Assembly: GCA_964016885.1 (NCBI GenBank)
Contig: OZ024743.1
Coordinates: 76,694,001 to 76,758,000, forward strand
Direction: 5' to 3'
From: Eledone cirrhosa
Taxonomy: Eukaryota
DNA length: 64,000 nt
Part shown: piece after piece, positions 1 through 13,822 of the stretch
How positions within the stretch are numbered: position 1 is the first letter of the stretch
Layout: the number at the start of each line of letters is the position of its first letter
Notes under the pieces: model-generated
Seen by the model: the letters and a program-made list of their open reading frames with translations, nothing else
The model's database searches: none
What the model was told of the DNA's origin: nothing
Program-made: the position numbers and the translations under genes

Positions 1-183
1 TTTCATAGGGTATTTAGTTAAATTTTAAATAAAGCTAAATAGACTATGAAATAAGCAATACAAAATTTCTCTATATATAGTTTCAAGCTAATTTGTTGTT
101 AAAATGTAAATAATTCTAAATAGACTATTAAATAAGTAATATATTTTTTTATTATAGCTTTAACAACTATCTTAAATTTTAAA

Positions 184-625
184 TAGTATCTAAGTGAATT
201 AAATCTAACATAAAATGATAAAATAGGCTACAATATATACCTCTTTTCCTTTGAACTAATTGATTAATCCGGTAACATGATACCCTAGCCAGTTCAAAAA
301 AATAGCAACGCCAACTGTTAAATATTTTTCCACTCATATAATATCTACTAAAATACAATTGTAAATATAAACTAAGATAAATTGGCTACGAAATTAGTAA
401 TTAAAATTTTCTTTTATAGTTATATTATAACGTCAGCATCTTTGAATAAATATCTAAAAATGTCGAAACTGTTTCGATATAGTATCTAATTTAATCTAAC
501 ATAAGTGATAAATAAATAGAATAACGGTCCATACTTGTTTTCTTTTGATCTATTTGACCAATCTGGTAACCTCATACTCTAGCCAGTTCAAAAACACCAA
601 CACCAACTGTAATATTTTTCCCACT
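184..625 (+). repeat. Diverged direct duplication (~150-bp units ~297 bp apart), probably PLE 3' UTR repeats
   Basis: TAGTATCTAA...TCTAACATAA...GGTAAC...CTAGCCAGTTCAAAAA...CCAACTGT...ATATTTTTCC occurs at ~184-333 and ~480-625, just upstream of a degenerate HHR. Confidence 0.65.
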
Positions 626-728
626 TTTCTGTGACGATGTTTTTTCCTGGCATATGCTTGCCGGTCACCGAACTAAATAGCTTGTCTCAGACCGCCTGCA
701 TATCAAATGATATCTACGTCTCCTGTAG

Positions 729-798
729 ATTTCATCTGACGAGAACATGTTTTGACTTATATATAAGCCATACACCTTCTAAATACGTATAATAAAAT
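729..798 (+). ncRNA. Degenerate type I hammerhead ribozyme (PLE family A-like), probably inactive
   Basis: ATTTCAT-CTGACGA-[stem II]-TAAA-TACGTA-TA-ATAAAAT. Same stem I and palindromic stem III layout as the intact copies, but GAAA is changed to TAAA. Confidence 0.55.
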
Positions 799-896
799 AA
801 ATAGGGGATGGACTAAAGTAACTGTCTTTTTTGTTTATTATTATTATAACAATACTCCGGATAAACATATACCATTGAGTGCTTGACATCTGTTAT

Positions 897-1013
897 ATAA
901 AAGTCGGCTGATTCATAATCAACTAACTCTCTCTAATTGAACAAATATGTATATATATATATATTTGTTCAATTAGAGGGAGTTAGTTGATTTAGAATCA
1001 GCCGACTTTATAT
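897..1013. repeat. Foldback inverted repeat with a (TA)n centre
   Basis: AAGTCGGCTGATTC...CTCTAATTGAACAAATAT is followed, after a TA run, by ATATTTGTTCAATTAGAG...GAATCAGCCGACTT. Confidence 0.9.
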
Positions 1014-1017
1014 AGGC

Positions 1018-1062
<45 letters not shown>

Positions 1063-1099
1063 ATTAATAAATGGAAACTATCTTTATAAAACCATATTT

Positions 1100-1160
1100 A
1101 TTTTATTATATATATTTCAAGGGTACCAACATTTTTGGTACGCATCTCATCAGATAAAAT
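1100..1160 (-). ncRNA. Minimal type I hammerhead ribozyme (PLE family A-like)
   Basis: Minus strand reads ATTTTAT-CTGATGA-GATGC GTACCAA AAATG TTGGTAC CCTT-GAAA-TATATA-TA-ATAAAAT: 7-bp stem I, intact core, short palindromic stem III, AUA cleavage triplet. Confidence 0.8.
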
Positions 1161-2062
1161 ATAAAAGTTGTTTTACAGATAGTGACATATTCAAAACAAG
1201 AACTTATCGTTTTAAGTTCTGTTTGAATAGTGAAGAAGAATTTCAAATCTTGGGATGAATATGCTAATGAGGATAACGTTAAAATTGAAAAAGATCGTAA
1301 TATTTAGACGTTAGATAAATTAAAATAATTATTAGGATTATTTTTTAAGGTCAGAGAAGATGGAGGTTAATATTAGGGTGGAAGAAATTTAAGGAAAGAA
1401 TACAAGAAAAAAGTACATTAGAGTTAGAAATATGCTATTTATATTAATATATGTATATAAATTGTATGGAACATATTTGTGAGGGTGTAGTGAAAGTGAA
1501 ACAATTATACTTAATTATTCAATTATTTAATTATACATTTTGGGAGTATCCATAATATAATGTGAGAATTATAAATGTGTTAAAGTAGGAGAATATTCAT
1601 TTAAAAAGTGAGAGATATATTGTATTCATATATACGATTGGGTCTATTCTAATGGTGTTTTAATATTATAGAGATAATATTTATAAGTATATTTTATGAA
1701 GATTAGAGTTGTAAGTATATTTTATTTACTTATATTACGACAGGTTATTTATATATGAATAATTTTGGTTAGTATATATGTTTTTTTTTTAATAGAGAGA
1801 TAATTTAAATATTTTTTATATATGAAGAGCTACGATAAATTTTTGTTTACATTTTCAATATATGTTTTAAGAAAACAGGAAGCAGTTCTATTTTATTATA
1901 GAAGATTATTTTGTACATTCAATAGTTGCATCAGGATAGGAATAAATACATACTTTATTTATGCAAAGTTTAGCTGTTATTTAGAAAAAATGTGCAAGCG
2001 TGTTATATTTCAAAGGAAAAGATAACTCAAAAATGTATTAGTTAAAATAGTTAAGTTATAGT

Positions 2063-5000
2063 TACCAACACGACTATCACGACCACCAACACCACCACTA
2101 CAACCACCAACACCACCACTACAACCACCAACACCACCACTACAACCACCAACACCACCACTACAACCACCAACACTACCATCAAAACCACCACCAACAC
2201 CACCACCACCAACACCACCGCCACAACCACCAACACCACCAACACCACAGCCACAACCACCAACACCACCACCACCAACACCACAATCACAACCACCAAC
2301 CCCACCACTACAACCACCGACACCAACACTATAACCATCAACACCACCACCACAAACACCAACACCACCATCACAACCACCAACACTACCATCACCATCA
2401 CAACCACCAACACCACCATCACAACCACCAACACTACCATCACAACCACTAACACCTCCAACATCACCACCACCACCACCAACACCACCACAACCACCAA
2501 CACTACCATCACAACCACCAACAATACCACAGCAGCCAACACTACTACCACAACCACCAACACCACCAACACAATCACTACAACCCCCAACACTACCATC
2601 ACAACCACCAACCCCACCACAACCACCAACCCTACCAACACCACCAACACCACCACTACAACCACCAACACTACCTCTACAACCACCAACACCGCCACCA
2701 CAGCCACCAACACCACCACTACAACCACCACCACCACCACCACCACAACCACCAGCACCATCACCAACACCACCAACACCACCAGCATCACCACCAACAA
2801 CACCGCCACAACCACCAACACCACCACCACAAACACCACCAGTACAACCACCAACACCACCACCGCCACAACCACCAACACCACCACCACAAACACCACC
2901 AGTACAACCACCAACACCACCAACACCACAACCACCACCACCACAACTACCAACACCACCACCACAACCACCAACACCACCACCACAACCACCAACATCA
3001 CCACCACCACCACCAACACCACCACAACCACCAACACTACCATCACAACCACCAACACTACCACAGCCGCCAACACTACCACCACAACCACCAACACCAC
3101 CACCACCACTAACACCACCACCACAACTACCAACACCACCACCACAACCACCAACACCACCACCACAACCACCAACATCACCACCACCACCACCAACACC
3201 ACCACAACCACCAACACTACCATCACAACCACCAACACTACCACAGCCGCCAACACTACTACCACAACCAACAACACCACCAACACCATAACTACAACCC
3301 CCAACACTACCATCACAACCATCAACCCCACCACCACCACCGACACCACCACAAACCCTATCACCACCACCAACACCACCACTACAACCACCAACACTAT
3401 CACTACAACCACCAACACCACAGCCACCAACACCACCACTACAACCACCACCACCACCACCACAACCACCACCACCACCAACACCACCAACATCACCACC
3501 AACAACACCCACACCACCGCCACGACCACCAACACCACCACCACAACCACCAACACCACCACTACAACCACCAACACCACCACCACAACCACCAACACCA
3601 CCACTACAACCACCAACACTACCATCAAAACCACCACCAACACCACCACCAGCAACACCACCGCCACAACCACCAACACCACCAACACCACAGCCACAAA
3701 CACCACCACCACCAACCCCACAATCACAACCACCAACACCACCACTACAACCACCGACACCAACACTATAACCATCAACACCACCACCACAAACACCAAC
3801 ACCACCATCACAACCACCAACACTACCATCACCATCACAACCACCAACACCACCATCACAACCACCAACACTACCATCACAACCACTAACACCTCCAACA
3901 TCACCAGCACCACCACCAACACCACCACAACCACCAACACTACCATCACAACCACCAACACTACCACAGCCGCCAACACTACTACCACAACCACCAACAC
4001 CACCAACACAATCACTACAACCCCCAACACTACCATCACAACCACCAACCCCACCACAACCGCCAACCCTACCACCACCACCAACACCACCACTACAACC
4101 ACCAACACTACCACTACAACCACCAACACCGCCACCACAGCCACCAACACCACCACTACAACCACCACCACCACCACCACAACCACCACCACCATCACCA
4201 ACACCACCAACACCACCAACATCACCACCAACACCACCGCGACAACCACCAACACCACCACCACAACCACCAACACCACCAGTACAACCACCAACACCAC
4301 CACCACGACAACCACCAGCACCACCACCACCACCACCAACACCACCACCAACACCAACACCACCACCACAACTACCAACACCACCACCACAACCACCAAC
4401 ACCACCACCACAACCACCAACATCACCACCACCACCACCAACACCACCACAACCACCAACACTACCATCACAACCACCAACACTACCACAGCCGCCAACA
4501 CTACTACCACAACCAACAACACCACCAACACCATAACTACAACCCCCAACACTACCATCACAACCACCAACCCCACCACCACCACCGACACCACCACAAA
4601 CCCTATCACCACCACCAACACCACCACTACAACCACCAACACTATCACTACAACCACCAACACCACCACCACAGCCACCAACGCCACCACTACAACCACC
4701 ACCACCACCACCACAACCACCACCTGCACCATCACCAACACAACCAACATCACCACCAACAACACCAACACCACCGCCACAACTACCAACACCACCACCA
4801 CAACCACCAACACCACCACTACAACCACCAACACCACCACCACAACCACCAACACCACCACTACAACCACCAAAACTACCACCACCATCACCAACACCAC
4901 CGCCACAACCACCAACACCACCACTACAACCACTAACAACACGACCACAACCAGCAACACCACCACTACAACCACCAACACCACCACTACAACCACCAAC

Positions 5001-8000
5001 ACTGCCATCACAACCACCACCAAATCCTACACCACCGCCACAACCAACAACACCACCGCCAACACTACCACCACCACCACCCTGTCTCATCCACCACCCT
5101 ACCACCACCACCACTACAACCACCACCCCCACCACCACAACCACCACCAACACCAACACCAACAACACCACCAACACCACCGCCGCAACCACCAGCACCA
5201 CCACCACAACCACCAACACCACCACTACAATCACCAACACCACCACCACAACCACCAACACCACCTCCACAACCACCAACACCACCACCACCACAACTAC
5301 CAACACCACCACCACAACCACCAACACCACCACCACAACCACCAACACCACCACTACAACCACCAACACCACCACCACAGCCACCAACACCACCACTAAA
5401 ACCACCACCACCACCACCACAATAACCACCACCAACACCACCAACACCACCACTACAACCACCACCACCACCACCGCAACCACCACCACCAACAACACCA
5501 CCACTACAGCCACTAACACCACCACCACAACCACCACCACCATCACTAACACCACCAACATCACCACCAACACCACCAACACCACCGCCACCACCACCAA
5601 CACCACCACCACAACCACCAACACCACCACTACAACCACCAACACCACCACCACAACCACCAACACAACCACTACAACCACCAACATTACCACCACATCA
5701 CCAACACCACCGCCACAACCACCAACACCACCGCCACAACCACCAACACCACCACTACAACCACTAACCCCACGACCAGAACCACCAACACCACCACTAC
5801 AACCACCAACACCACCACTACAACCACCAACACTGCCATCACAGCCACCACCAAATCCTACACCACCGCCAACACTACCAACACCACCACCACAACCACC
5901 ACCACCACAACTACCACCACAACTACCACCAACACCACCAACACCACCAACACCACCACTACAACCACCACCACCACCACCACAACCACCACCACCAACG
6001 CCACCAACACCACCTCCACAACCACCAACACCATCACTACAACCACCAACACCACCACTACAACCACCAACACTACCACCACAATCACCAACACCACCAC
6101 TACAACCACTAACACCACCACCAACAACACCACCAACACCAACACCACCACCACAACTACCAACACCACCACCAGAACTACCAACACCACCACCACAACC
6201 ACCAACACCACCACCACAACCACCAACATCACCACCACCACCACCAACACCACCACAACCACCAACACTACCATCACAACCACCAACACTACCACAGCCA
6301 CCAACACTACTACCACAACCACCAACACCACCAACACCATAACTACAACCCCCAACATTCCATCACAACCACCAACCCCACCACCACCACCGACACCACC
6401 ACAACCACCAACCCTATCACCACCACCAACACCACCACTACAACCACCAACACTATCACTACAACCACCAACACCACCACCACAGCCTCCAACACCACCA
6501 CTACAACCACCACCACCACCACAACCACCACCACCAACACCACCAACATCACCACCAACACCACCAATACCACCGCCACAGCCACCAATACCACCACCAC
6601 AACCACCAACACCACCACTACAACCACCAACACCACCACCACAACCACCAACACCACGACCACAACCAGCAACACCACCACTACAACCACCAACACCACG
6701 ACTACAACCACCAACACTGCCATCACAACCACCACCAAATCCTACACCACCGCCACAACCAACAACACCACCGCCAACACTACCACCACCACCACCCTGT
6801 CTCATCCACTACCCTACCACCACCACCACTACAACCACCAACCCCACCACCACAACCAACACCAACACCACCAACACCACCAACACCACCGCCGCAACCA
6901 TCAACACCACCACTACAACCACCAACACTATCACTACAACCACCAACACCACCACCACAGCCTCCAACACCACCACTACAACCACCACCACCACCACGAC
7001 CACCACCACCAACACCACCAACATCACCACCAACACCACCAATACCACCGCCACAACCACCAATACCACCACCACAACCACCAACACCACCACTACAACC
7101 ACCAACACCACCACCACAACCACCAACACCACGACCACAACCAGCAACACCACCACTACAACCACCAACACCACCACTACAACCACCAACACTGCCATCA
7201 CAACCACCACCAAATCCTACACCACCGCCACAACCAACAACACCACCGCCAACACTACCACCACCACCACCCTGTCTCATCCACCACCCTACCACCACCA
7301 CCACTACAACCACCAACCCCACCACCACAACCACCACCAACACCAACACCACCAAAACCACCAACACCACCAACACCACCGCCGCAACCACCAACACCAC
7401 CACCACAACCACCAACACCACCACTACAATCACCAACACCACCACCACAACCACCAACACCACCTCCACAACCACCAACACCACCACCACCACCAACACC
7501 ACCACCACAACTACCAACACCACCACCACAACCACCAACACCACAACCACCAACACCACCACTACAACCACCAACACCACCACCACAGCCACCAACACCA
7601 CCACTACAACCACCACCACCACCACCACCACAACCACCACCACAAACACCACCAACACCACCACCAACACCACCAACACCACCACTACAACCACTAACAC
7701 CACCACCACAACCACCACCACCATCACTAACACCACCAACACCACCACAACCACCAACATCACCACTACAACCACCAACACCACCACCACAACCACCAAC
7801 ACCACCACTACAACCACCAACACTACCACCACCATCACCAACACCACCGCCACAACCACCAACACCACCGCCACAACCACCAACACCACCACTACAACCA
7901 CTAACACCACGACCAGAACCACCAACACCACCACTACAACCACCAACACCACCACTACAACCACCAACACTGCCATCACAACCACCACCAAATTCTACAC

Positions 8001-9742
8001 CACCGCCAACACTACCACCACCACCACCACCCTGTCTCATCCACCACCCTACCACCACCACCACTACAACCACCAACACTGCCATCACAACCACAACCAA
8101 ATCCTACACCACCGCCACAACCAACAACACCACCGCCAACACTACCACCACCACCACCCTGTCTCATCCACCACCCTACCACCACCACCACTACAACCAC
8201 CAACCCCACCACCACAACCACCACCAACACCAACACCACCAAAACCACCAACACCACCGCCGCAACCACCAACACCACCACCACAACCACCAACACCACC
8301 ACTACAATAACCAACACCACCACCACAACCACCAACACCACCTCCACAACCACCAACACCACCACCACCACCACCAACACCACCACAACCACCAACACCA
8401 CCACTACAACCACCAACACCACCACCACAACCACCAACACCGCCACTACAACCACCACCACCACCACAACAACCACCACCACCAACACCACCAACACCAC
8501 CAACACCACCACCACTACAACCACCACCACCACCACCACAACCACCACCACCAACACCACCAACACCACCAACACCACCACTACAACCACTAACACCACC
8601 ACCACAACCACCACCACCATCACTAACACCACCAACATCACCACCAACACCACCAACACCACCGCCACAACCACCAACACCACCACCAACACCACCACTA
8701 CAACCACCAACACCACCACCACCAACACCACCACTACAACCACCAACACCACCACCAACAACACCAACACTACCACCACCACCACCAACACCACCGCCAC
8801 AACCACCAACACCACCGCCACAACCACCAACACCACCACTACAACCACTAACACCACGACCAGAACCACCAACACCACCACTACAACCACCAACACCACC
8901 ACTACAACCACCAACACTGCCATCACAACCACCACCAAATCCTACACCACCGCCAACACTACCACCACCACCACCACCCTGTCTCATCCACCACCCTACC
9001 ACCACCACCACTACAACCACCAACCCCACCACCACAACCACCACCAACACCAACACCACCAACACCACCAACACCACCGCCGCAACCACCAAAACCACCA
9101 CCACAACCACCAACACCACCACCACAACCACCAACACCACCACCACCACAACCACCAACACCAACACCACCACCACCACAACTACCAACACCACCACCAC
9201 AACCACCACCACCACAACCACCACCACCAACACCACCAACACCACCACTACAACCACCACCACCACCACCACAACCACCACCACAAACACCACCAACACC
9301 ACCGCCACAAACACCACCTCCACAAACACCAACACCATCACTACACTACCAACACCACCACTACAACTACCAACACTACCACCACCATCACCAACACCAC
9401 CGCCACAACCACCAACACTACCAACACCACCACTAACACCACCACCACAACCACCAACACCACCACTACAACCACCAACACCACCACTACAACCACCAAC
9501 ACTGCCATCACAACCACCACCAAATCGAACACCACCGCCACAACCACCAACACCACCACTACAACCACCAACACCACCACTACAACCACCAACACCACCA
9601 CCACAACCACCAACACCACCACCACAACCACCAACACCACCCCCACAACCACCAACACCACCACTACAACCACCACCACCACAACCACCACCACCACAAC
9701 CACAACCATCAACACCACAACCACAAACACCACCACCACAAC

Positions 9743-9745
<3 letters not shown>
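2063..9745 (+). repeat. Degenerate (ACC)n-derived minisatellite with 15-21-bp subunits and nested higher-order duplications
   Basis: Subunits such as ACCACCAACACCACCACTACA. The marker CCTGTCTCATCCACYACCCTACC recurs at ~5081, 6796, 7271, 8031, 8157 and 8977. The long Val/Gly ORFs on the minus strand are by-products of the repeat. Confidence 0.95.

Positions 9746-9832
<87 letters not shown>
9746..9832. repeat. (GT)n microsatellite
   Basis: Pure GT run closing the ACC array. Confidence 0.97.
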
Positions 9833-9835
<3 letters not shown>

Positions 9836-10060
9836 GAATAGCTGAGTGTATATAAAGAAAGACAGACAAGATATATACACTTGTGTGTCAGTTTTGCTAT
9901 GTTTGTGTTGTTCTTGTATGTGTAATCGTCCGTATTAAAGTGAAAGTTTTACGTTTACGGATTTATCCATGTGCGAATATATATATATATATATATATAT
10001 ATATTTCGGTTCTGAATTTGTTTAGCAAGATTCTTTATCTGAAAACGTGTGTTGAAACCG

Positions 10061-10440
10061 ATATTGTTATACTTTGGGAGGGTCATGTTGCCAATAAGAA
10101 ACACACGCACCAGTTGCGTTCACTTTAATTTATTATAATAAATTCATAAATTTCCGGTTGGTTGGTTCCACAACCAGATGGTGTGTGTGCTGTGTACACA
10201 CACACAGAAACAAGATGGCGTAGGACAGAACAAAGGAGTGGCACAAAAACAAAGAAAAGAATCCCCAGTCACTGAAAAGATCACAGAATGTGAGGCGAAA
10301 GAACTTTGACAATATATAAACAACCATCTGGTTGTGGAACCAACCAACCAACCGGAAATTTATAAATTTATTATAATAAATGGAAGTGAAAGCAACTGGT
10401 GCGTGTGTTTCTTATTGGCAACATGACCCTCCCAAAGTAT

Positions 10441-10448
<8 letters not shown>
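10061..10448. mobile_element. Short element with ~120-bp inverted arms (PLE pLTR-like architecture), family unassigned
   Basis: 10061-10182 is the reverse complement of 10323-10448. The right arm ends in (TA)n. Confidence 0.55.
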
Positions 10449-10523
<75 letters not shown>

Positions 10524-10534
10524 TAACAGATTAA

Positions 10535-10585
10535 AGTTTAAGAAAAGAATCGCTGCTTTCACCCTTAACGGGATCTTCTGAAACT
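10535..10585 (-). ncRNA. Hammerhead variant (CAGAAGA core) in the inverted pLTR copy
   Basis: Reverse complement of 11530-11580, with one substitution in stem III. Confidence 0.6.
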
Positions 10586-10642
10586 AACAAAGTCAATCTG
10601 TAAACGCAGAAGTGGAAATTTCAAAAAACGTTGCAACCGGAA

Positions 10643-11183
10643 TGTTGGTGGTGTTAGTGATGGTGGTGGTGGTTGTGGTGGTGGTGTTAGTGGTTGTAGT
10701 GGTGGTGTTGGTGGTGTTGGTGTCGGTGGTTGTGGTGGTGGTGGTGGTGGTGGTTGTAGTGGTGGTGTTGGTGGTGTTGGTGGTGTTGGCGGTGGTGGTT
10801 GTTGTGGTGGTGGTGGTGGTTGTAGTGGTGGTGTTGGTGGTTGTGGTGGTGGTGTTGGTGGTTGTAGTGGTGGTGTTGGTGGTTGTGGTGGTGGTGTTTG
10901 TGGTGGTGGTGTTGGTAGTTGTGGTGGTGGTGTTGGTGGTGGTGGTGGTGTTGGTGGTTGTGGTGGTGGTGTTGGTGGTTGTGGTGGTGGTGTTGGTGGT
11001 TGCGGCGGTGGTGTTGGTGGTTTTGGTGGTGTTGGTGTTGGTGGTGGTTGTGGTGGTGGGGTTGGTGGTTGTAGTGGTGGTGGTGGTAGGGTGGTGGATG
11101 AGACAGGGTGGTGGTGGTGGTAGTGTTGGCGGTGGTGTTGTTGGTTGTGGCGGTGGTGTAGGATTTGGTTGTGGTTGTGATGG
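10643..11183 (-). repeat. Inverted copy of ACC-satellite segment ~8082-8637
   Basis: Shares the diagnostic variants CCATCACAACCACAACCAAATCC, ACCAAAACCACCAACACCACCGCCGC and CCATCACTAACACC in reverse complement. Confidence 0.85.
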
Positions 11184-11351
11184 TATAACGGAAATAAAAG
11201 ACCATGTGACGTCTGCGCCGCTGAGGCCCTGGAAATAATCTACGCCACAGACCACATCTTAAACAAAAAATCTGAGGCAATTTCGGCTTGTAAACATAAA
11301 TTGCACAAAACTTTCCTGTATTACAGCCCCACGTTATACCCAAACGGATAG
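11184..11351 (+). pseudogene. C-terminal fragment of a PLE GIY-YIG endonuclease
   Basis: Manual translation gives YNGNKRPCDVCAAEALEIIYATDHILNKKSEAISACKHKLHKTFLYYSPTLYPNG*. It parallels CSLCTKE...LINKKNELFSNCLHK of the element at 13823-14029. Not shown in the ORF track. Confidence 0.8.
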
Positions 11352-11529
11352 CACGATCTATACGTGGTTATTTTACGTCTTGATGTGGGAGCTAAGTATA
11401 TGTTTTGTTTATACCATTACTTATTTGCATAGCGAACGTTTCCACGAACCAAAGTATCGTCTTCCTGTCTTCCTCTGGTTGCAACGTTTTTTGAAATTTC
11501 CACTTCTGCGTTTACAGATTGACTTTGTT

Positions 11530-11580
11530 AGTTTCAGAAGATCCCGTTAAGGGTGAAAGCAGCGATTCTTTGCTTAAACT
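11530..11580 (+). ncRNA. Type I hammerhead fold with a non-canonical U4>A core
   Basis: AGTTT-CAGAAGA-TCCC GTTAA GGGT-GAAA-GCA gcgattctt TGC-TT-AAACT. All three stems pair, and it lies ~180 nt downstream of the PLE stop codon on the sense strand. Confidence 0.7.
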
Positions 11581-11721
11581 TTAATCTGTTATTTTAATAA
11601 ATATTTGCTCTACGGTTCTTATATATTTGATATATATTTATCCTTATCGAGCCCTCTTTGGATTTCAGTCTTCAAATTTATTATTATTACTATATATATA
11701 TATATGGCTCCGTTAATTTAT

Positions 11722-11800
<79 letters not shown>

Positions 11801-11944
11801 AGAGTTAAACAAGATTCAATGAGTACATCAAAGAATGAGTTTTACAATAGATAGGAAGAAAAAGGATACAGGAAAAAAAATTTCCAGAGTTAATTAATAT
11901 TAATTCCAAATATTAACAAAACAGATATTCTTGTGATCAATTAA

Positions 11945-12009
11945 ATTTTATTATACATATTTCAGAGGCACTGAATTAAGTTCAACAGTACGTCCTCATC
12001 AGATAAAAT
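11945..12009 (-). ncRNA. Minimal type I hammerhead ribozyme in the 3' pLTR
   Basis: ATTTTAT-CTGATGA-GGAC GTACTG ttgaacttaatt CAGTGC CTCT-GAAA-TATGTA-TA-ATAAAAT, on the same strand as the PLE ORF. Confidence 0.85.
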
Positions 12010-12874
12010 AAAATGATACATGACATACCCTGACATGGTAGATGGTTAAGATTTAATCAAGGTAGTGATTAATTTATGAGAAAACTCAATATTTATACCC
12101 TAATATTGAGAACATGAGAGAACGTAATAGAATCAATAGAGAGAATGTGAGTAATATATTTTAAGAAATACATGGCATCAATGTAACAGTTACAGAAAGA
12201 ACTACTATAGAAATATGCGGGAGAGGAAGGCATAGAGGGAAACGTATCTGATGTTATAACTTATTTAGTATTTAGCCTGAGAAGACAAATGAAAGGTAAT
12301 TAAAGAGAGAGAGAGACAAAGGGGAGTAATTTATGCTCAAGTTTATACAAATATTCATATAGAGTTGGCGGTTAATTTTCCAAATATTTAATTTATGTTA
12401 TTTCAGGGTAAATAATCAAATCTTAGGTTTTAAAAGTTGATGGGTATTTGTATTAATATGTTAAATTTCTAAAATTCAAATTTTATGAAGACAAATTTAA
12501 AGGATTTACGAAACCCGCGAAAGAAAGAAAATATACATATAATGTTCGATATCCCCCCAAAAGGTAATCTTTACCAAAAATTACTTATAATATTGACAAC
12601 AGTTTCTATAATATAATTTATGAGATATTTACAGTTATAACTATTAAGGAATTTATTGTTAAATAGTTAGAGTGCCTAAAGTATTAACTGGTCTTATAAT
12701 TAGACTTAAAGAAGTCAGAGTTTTCAGCCATATATATGTGTGTATTGATCTTAATATAGCAAGACTATAATTTATTATTTGTTCAAATATTGTATTAATT
12801 AAATGATTATATAAGTTCGACCTTCAAGGGAAAATCAAACATTCATAATAATGTCATTAGAGTGTTTAAATTAT

Positions 12875-13278
12875 TTATATAAATGTAACTACGATTATGG
12901 TATTACCCTAGATAAAGATATTTGTACAAACTATATATAGGTATACTAGGTATTAATGAAACGGTATACATTTAATAAAGAATAATAATTATAATCATTG
13001 TTATTAGTTTTATACAAATGTAACTACGATTATGTTATTACCCTAGATAAAGATATTTGTACAAACTATATATATATATACTAGGTATTAATGAGACAGT
13101 ATACATTTAATAAAGAATAACAATTATAAACTTTGTTAATAGTTTTATATAAATGTAACTAATATTATGTTATTACACTAGAAAAAGATATTTGTACAAA
13201 CTATATATAGATATACTAGGTATTAATGAAACGGTATACATTTAATAAGAACAGCGATTATAATCATTGTTAGTAGTT
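12875..13278. repeat. Three ~135-bp tandem repeats inside the PLE 3' UTR
   Basis: AAATGTAACTA...TATTACCCTAGATAAAGATATTTGTACAAACTATATATA...CTAGGTATTAATGA...ATACATTTAATAAAGAA starts at ~12881, ~13016 and ~13151. Confidence 0.9.
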
Positions 13279-13414
13279 AACCTCCAGTTCAGTGGAGAAA
13301 TAAACCAATATTTGTCAGCTATTATGGTTTTTTAAATATACATAAAAAAGCAAAGCGCAAATCCAAACTTTCTGAGTCCCCAAAAGCCATCCCAAAATGA
13401 GTAAAAAATATATA

Positions 13415-13521
<107 letters not shown>

Positions 13522-13822
13522 GTAAACGCATGAATGATCTACAGTTCAAATTAAAATCAGTAAATTTACAGGTTAGATATCCAAATTATATATTTAAAAC
13601 AGAGACAGAAAAATAAAGATCTGAATCAAAGTTAAAAATATACAAAAAACCATAGGGTATGGATATCCATCAAGTAAACAAGTCATCAAACAAGTGTCAT
13701 TCATTCGAACATTAATTCCATTATAAATGATTAGAAGATAAAGCATTATTAAAATGTTATAAACCGTTATGATTTATATGTTCAACAGTTGATGATAGAC
13801 GTCGAAAATGAGGCTTGATTGC

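Larger units (their letters stand above)
10518..11700 (+). mobile_element. 5'-truncated Penelope-like element (family B): inverted pLTR stub + captured satellite + GIY-YIG C-terminus + pLTR
   Basis: 10518-10640 is the inverse of ~11478-11597. 11184-11351 encodes the endonuclease C-terminus. HHR folds sit in both arms, and (TA)n lies on both sides. Confidence 0.8.

Noticed and set aside
2010-9880. Long Val-rich and Gly/Cys-rich ORFs on the minus strand
   Set aside because: Overlapping frames are open simply because (GGT)n lacks stops, frames swap at repeat markers, and there is no non-repetitive domain.
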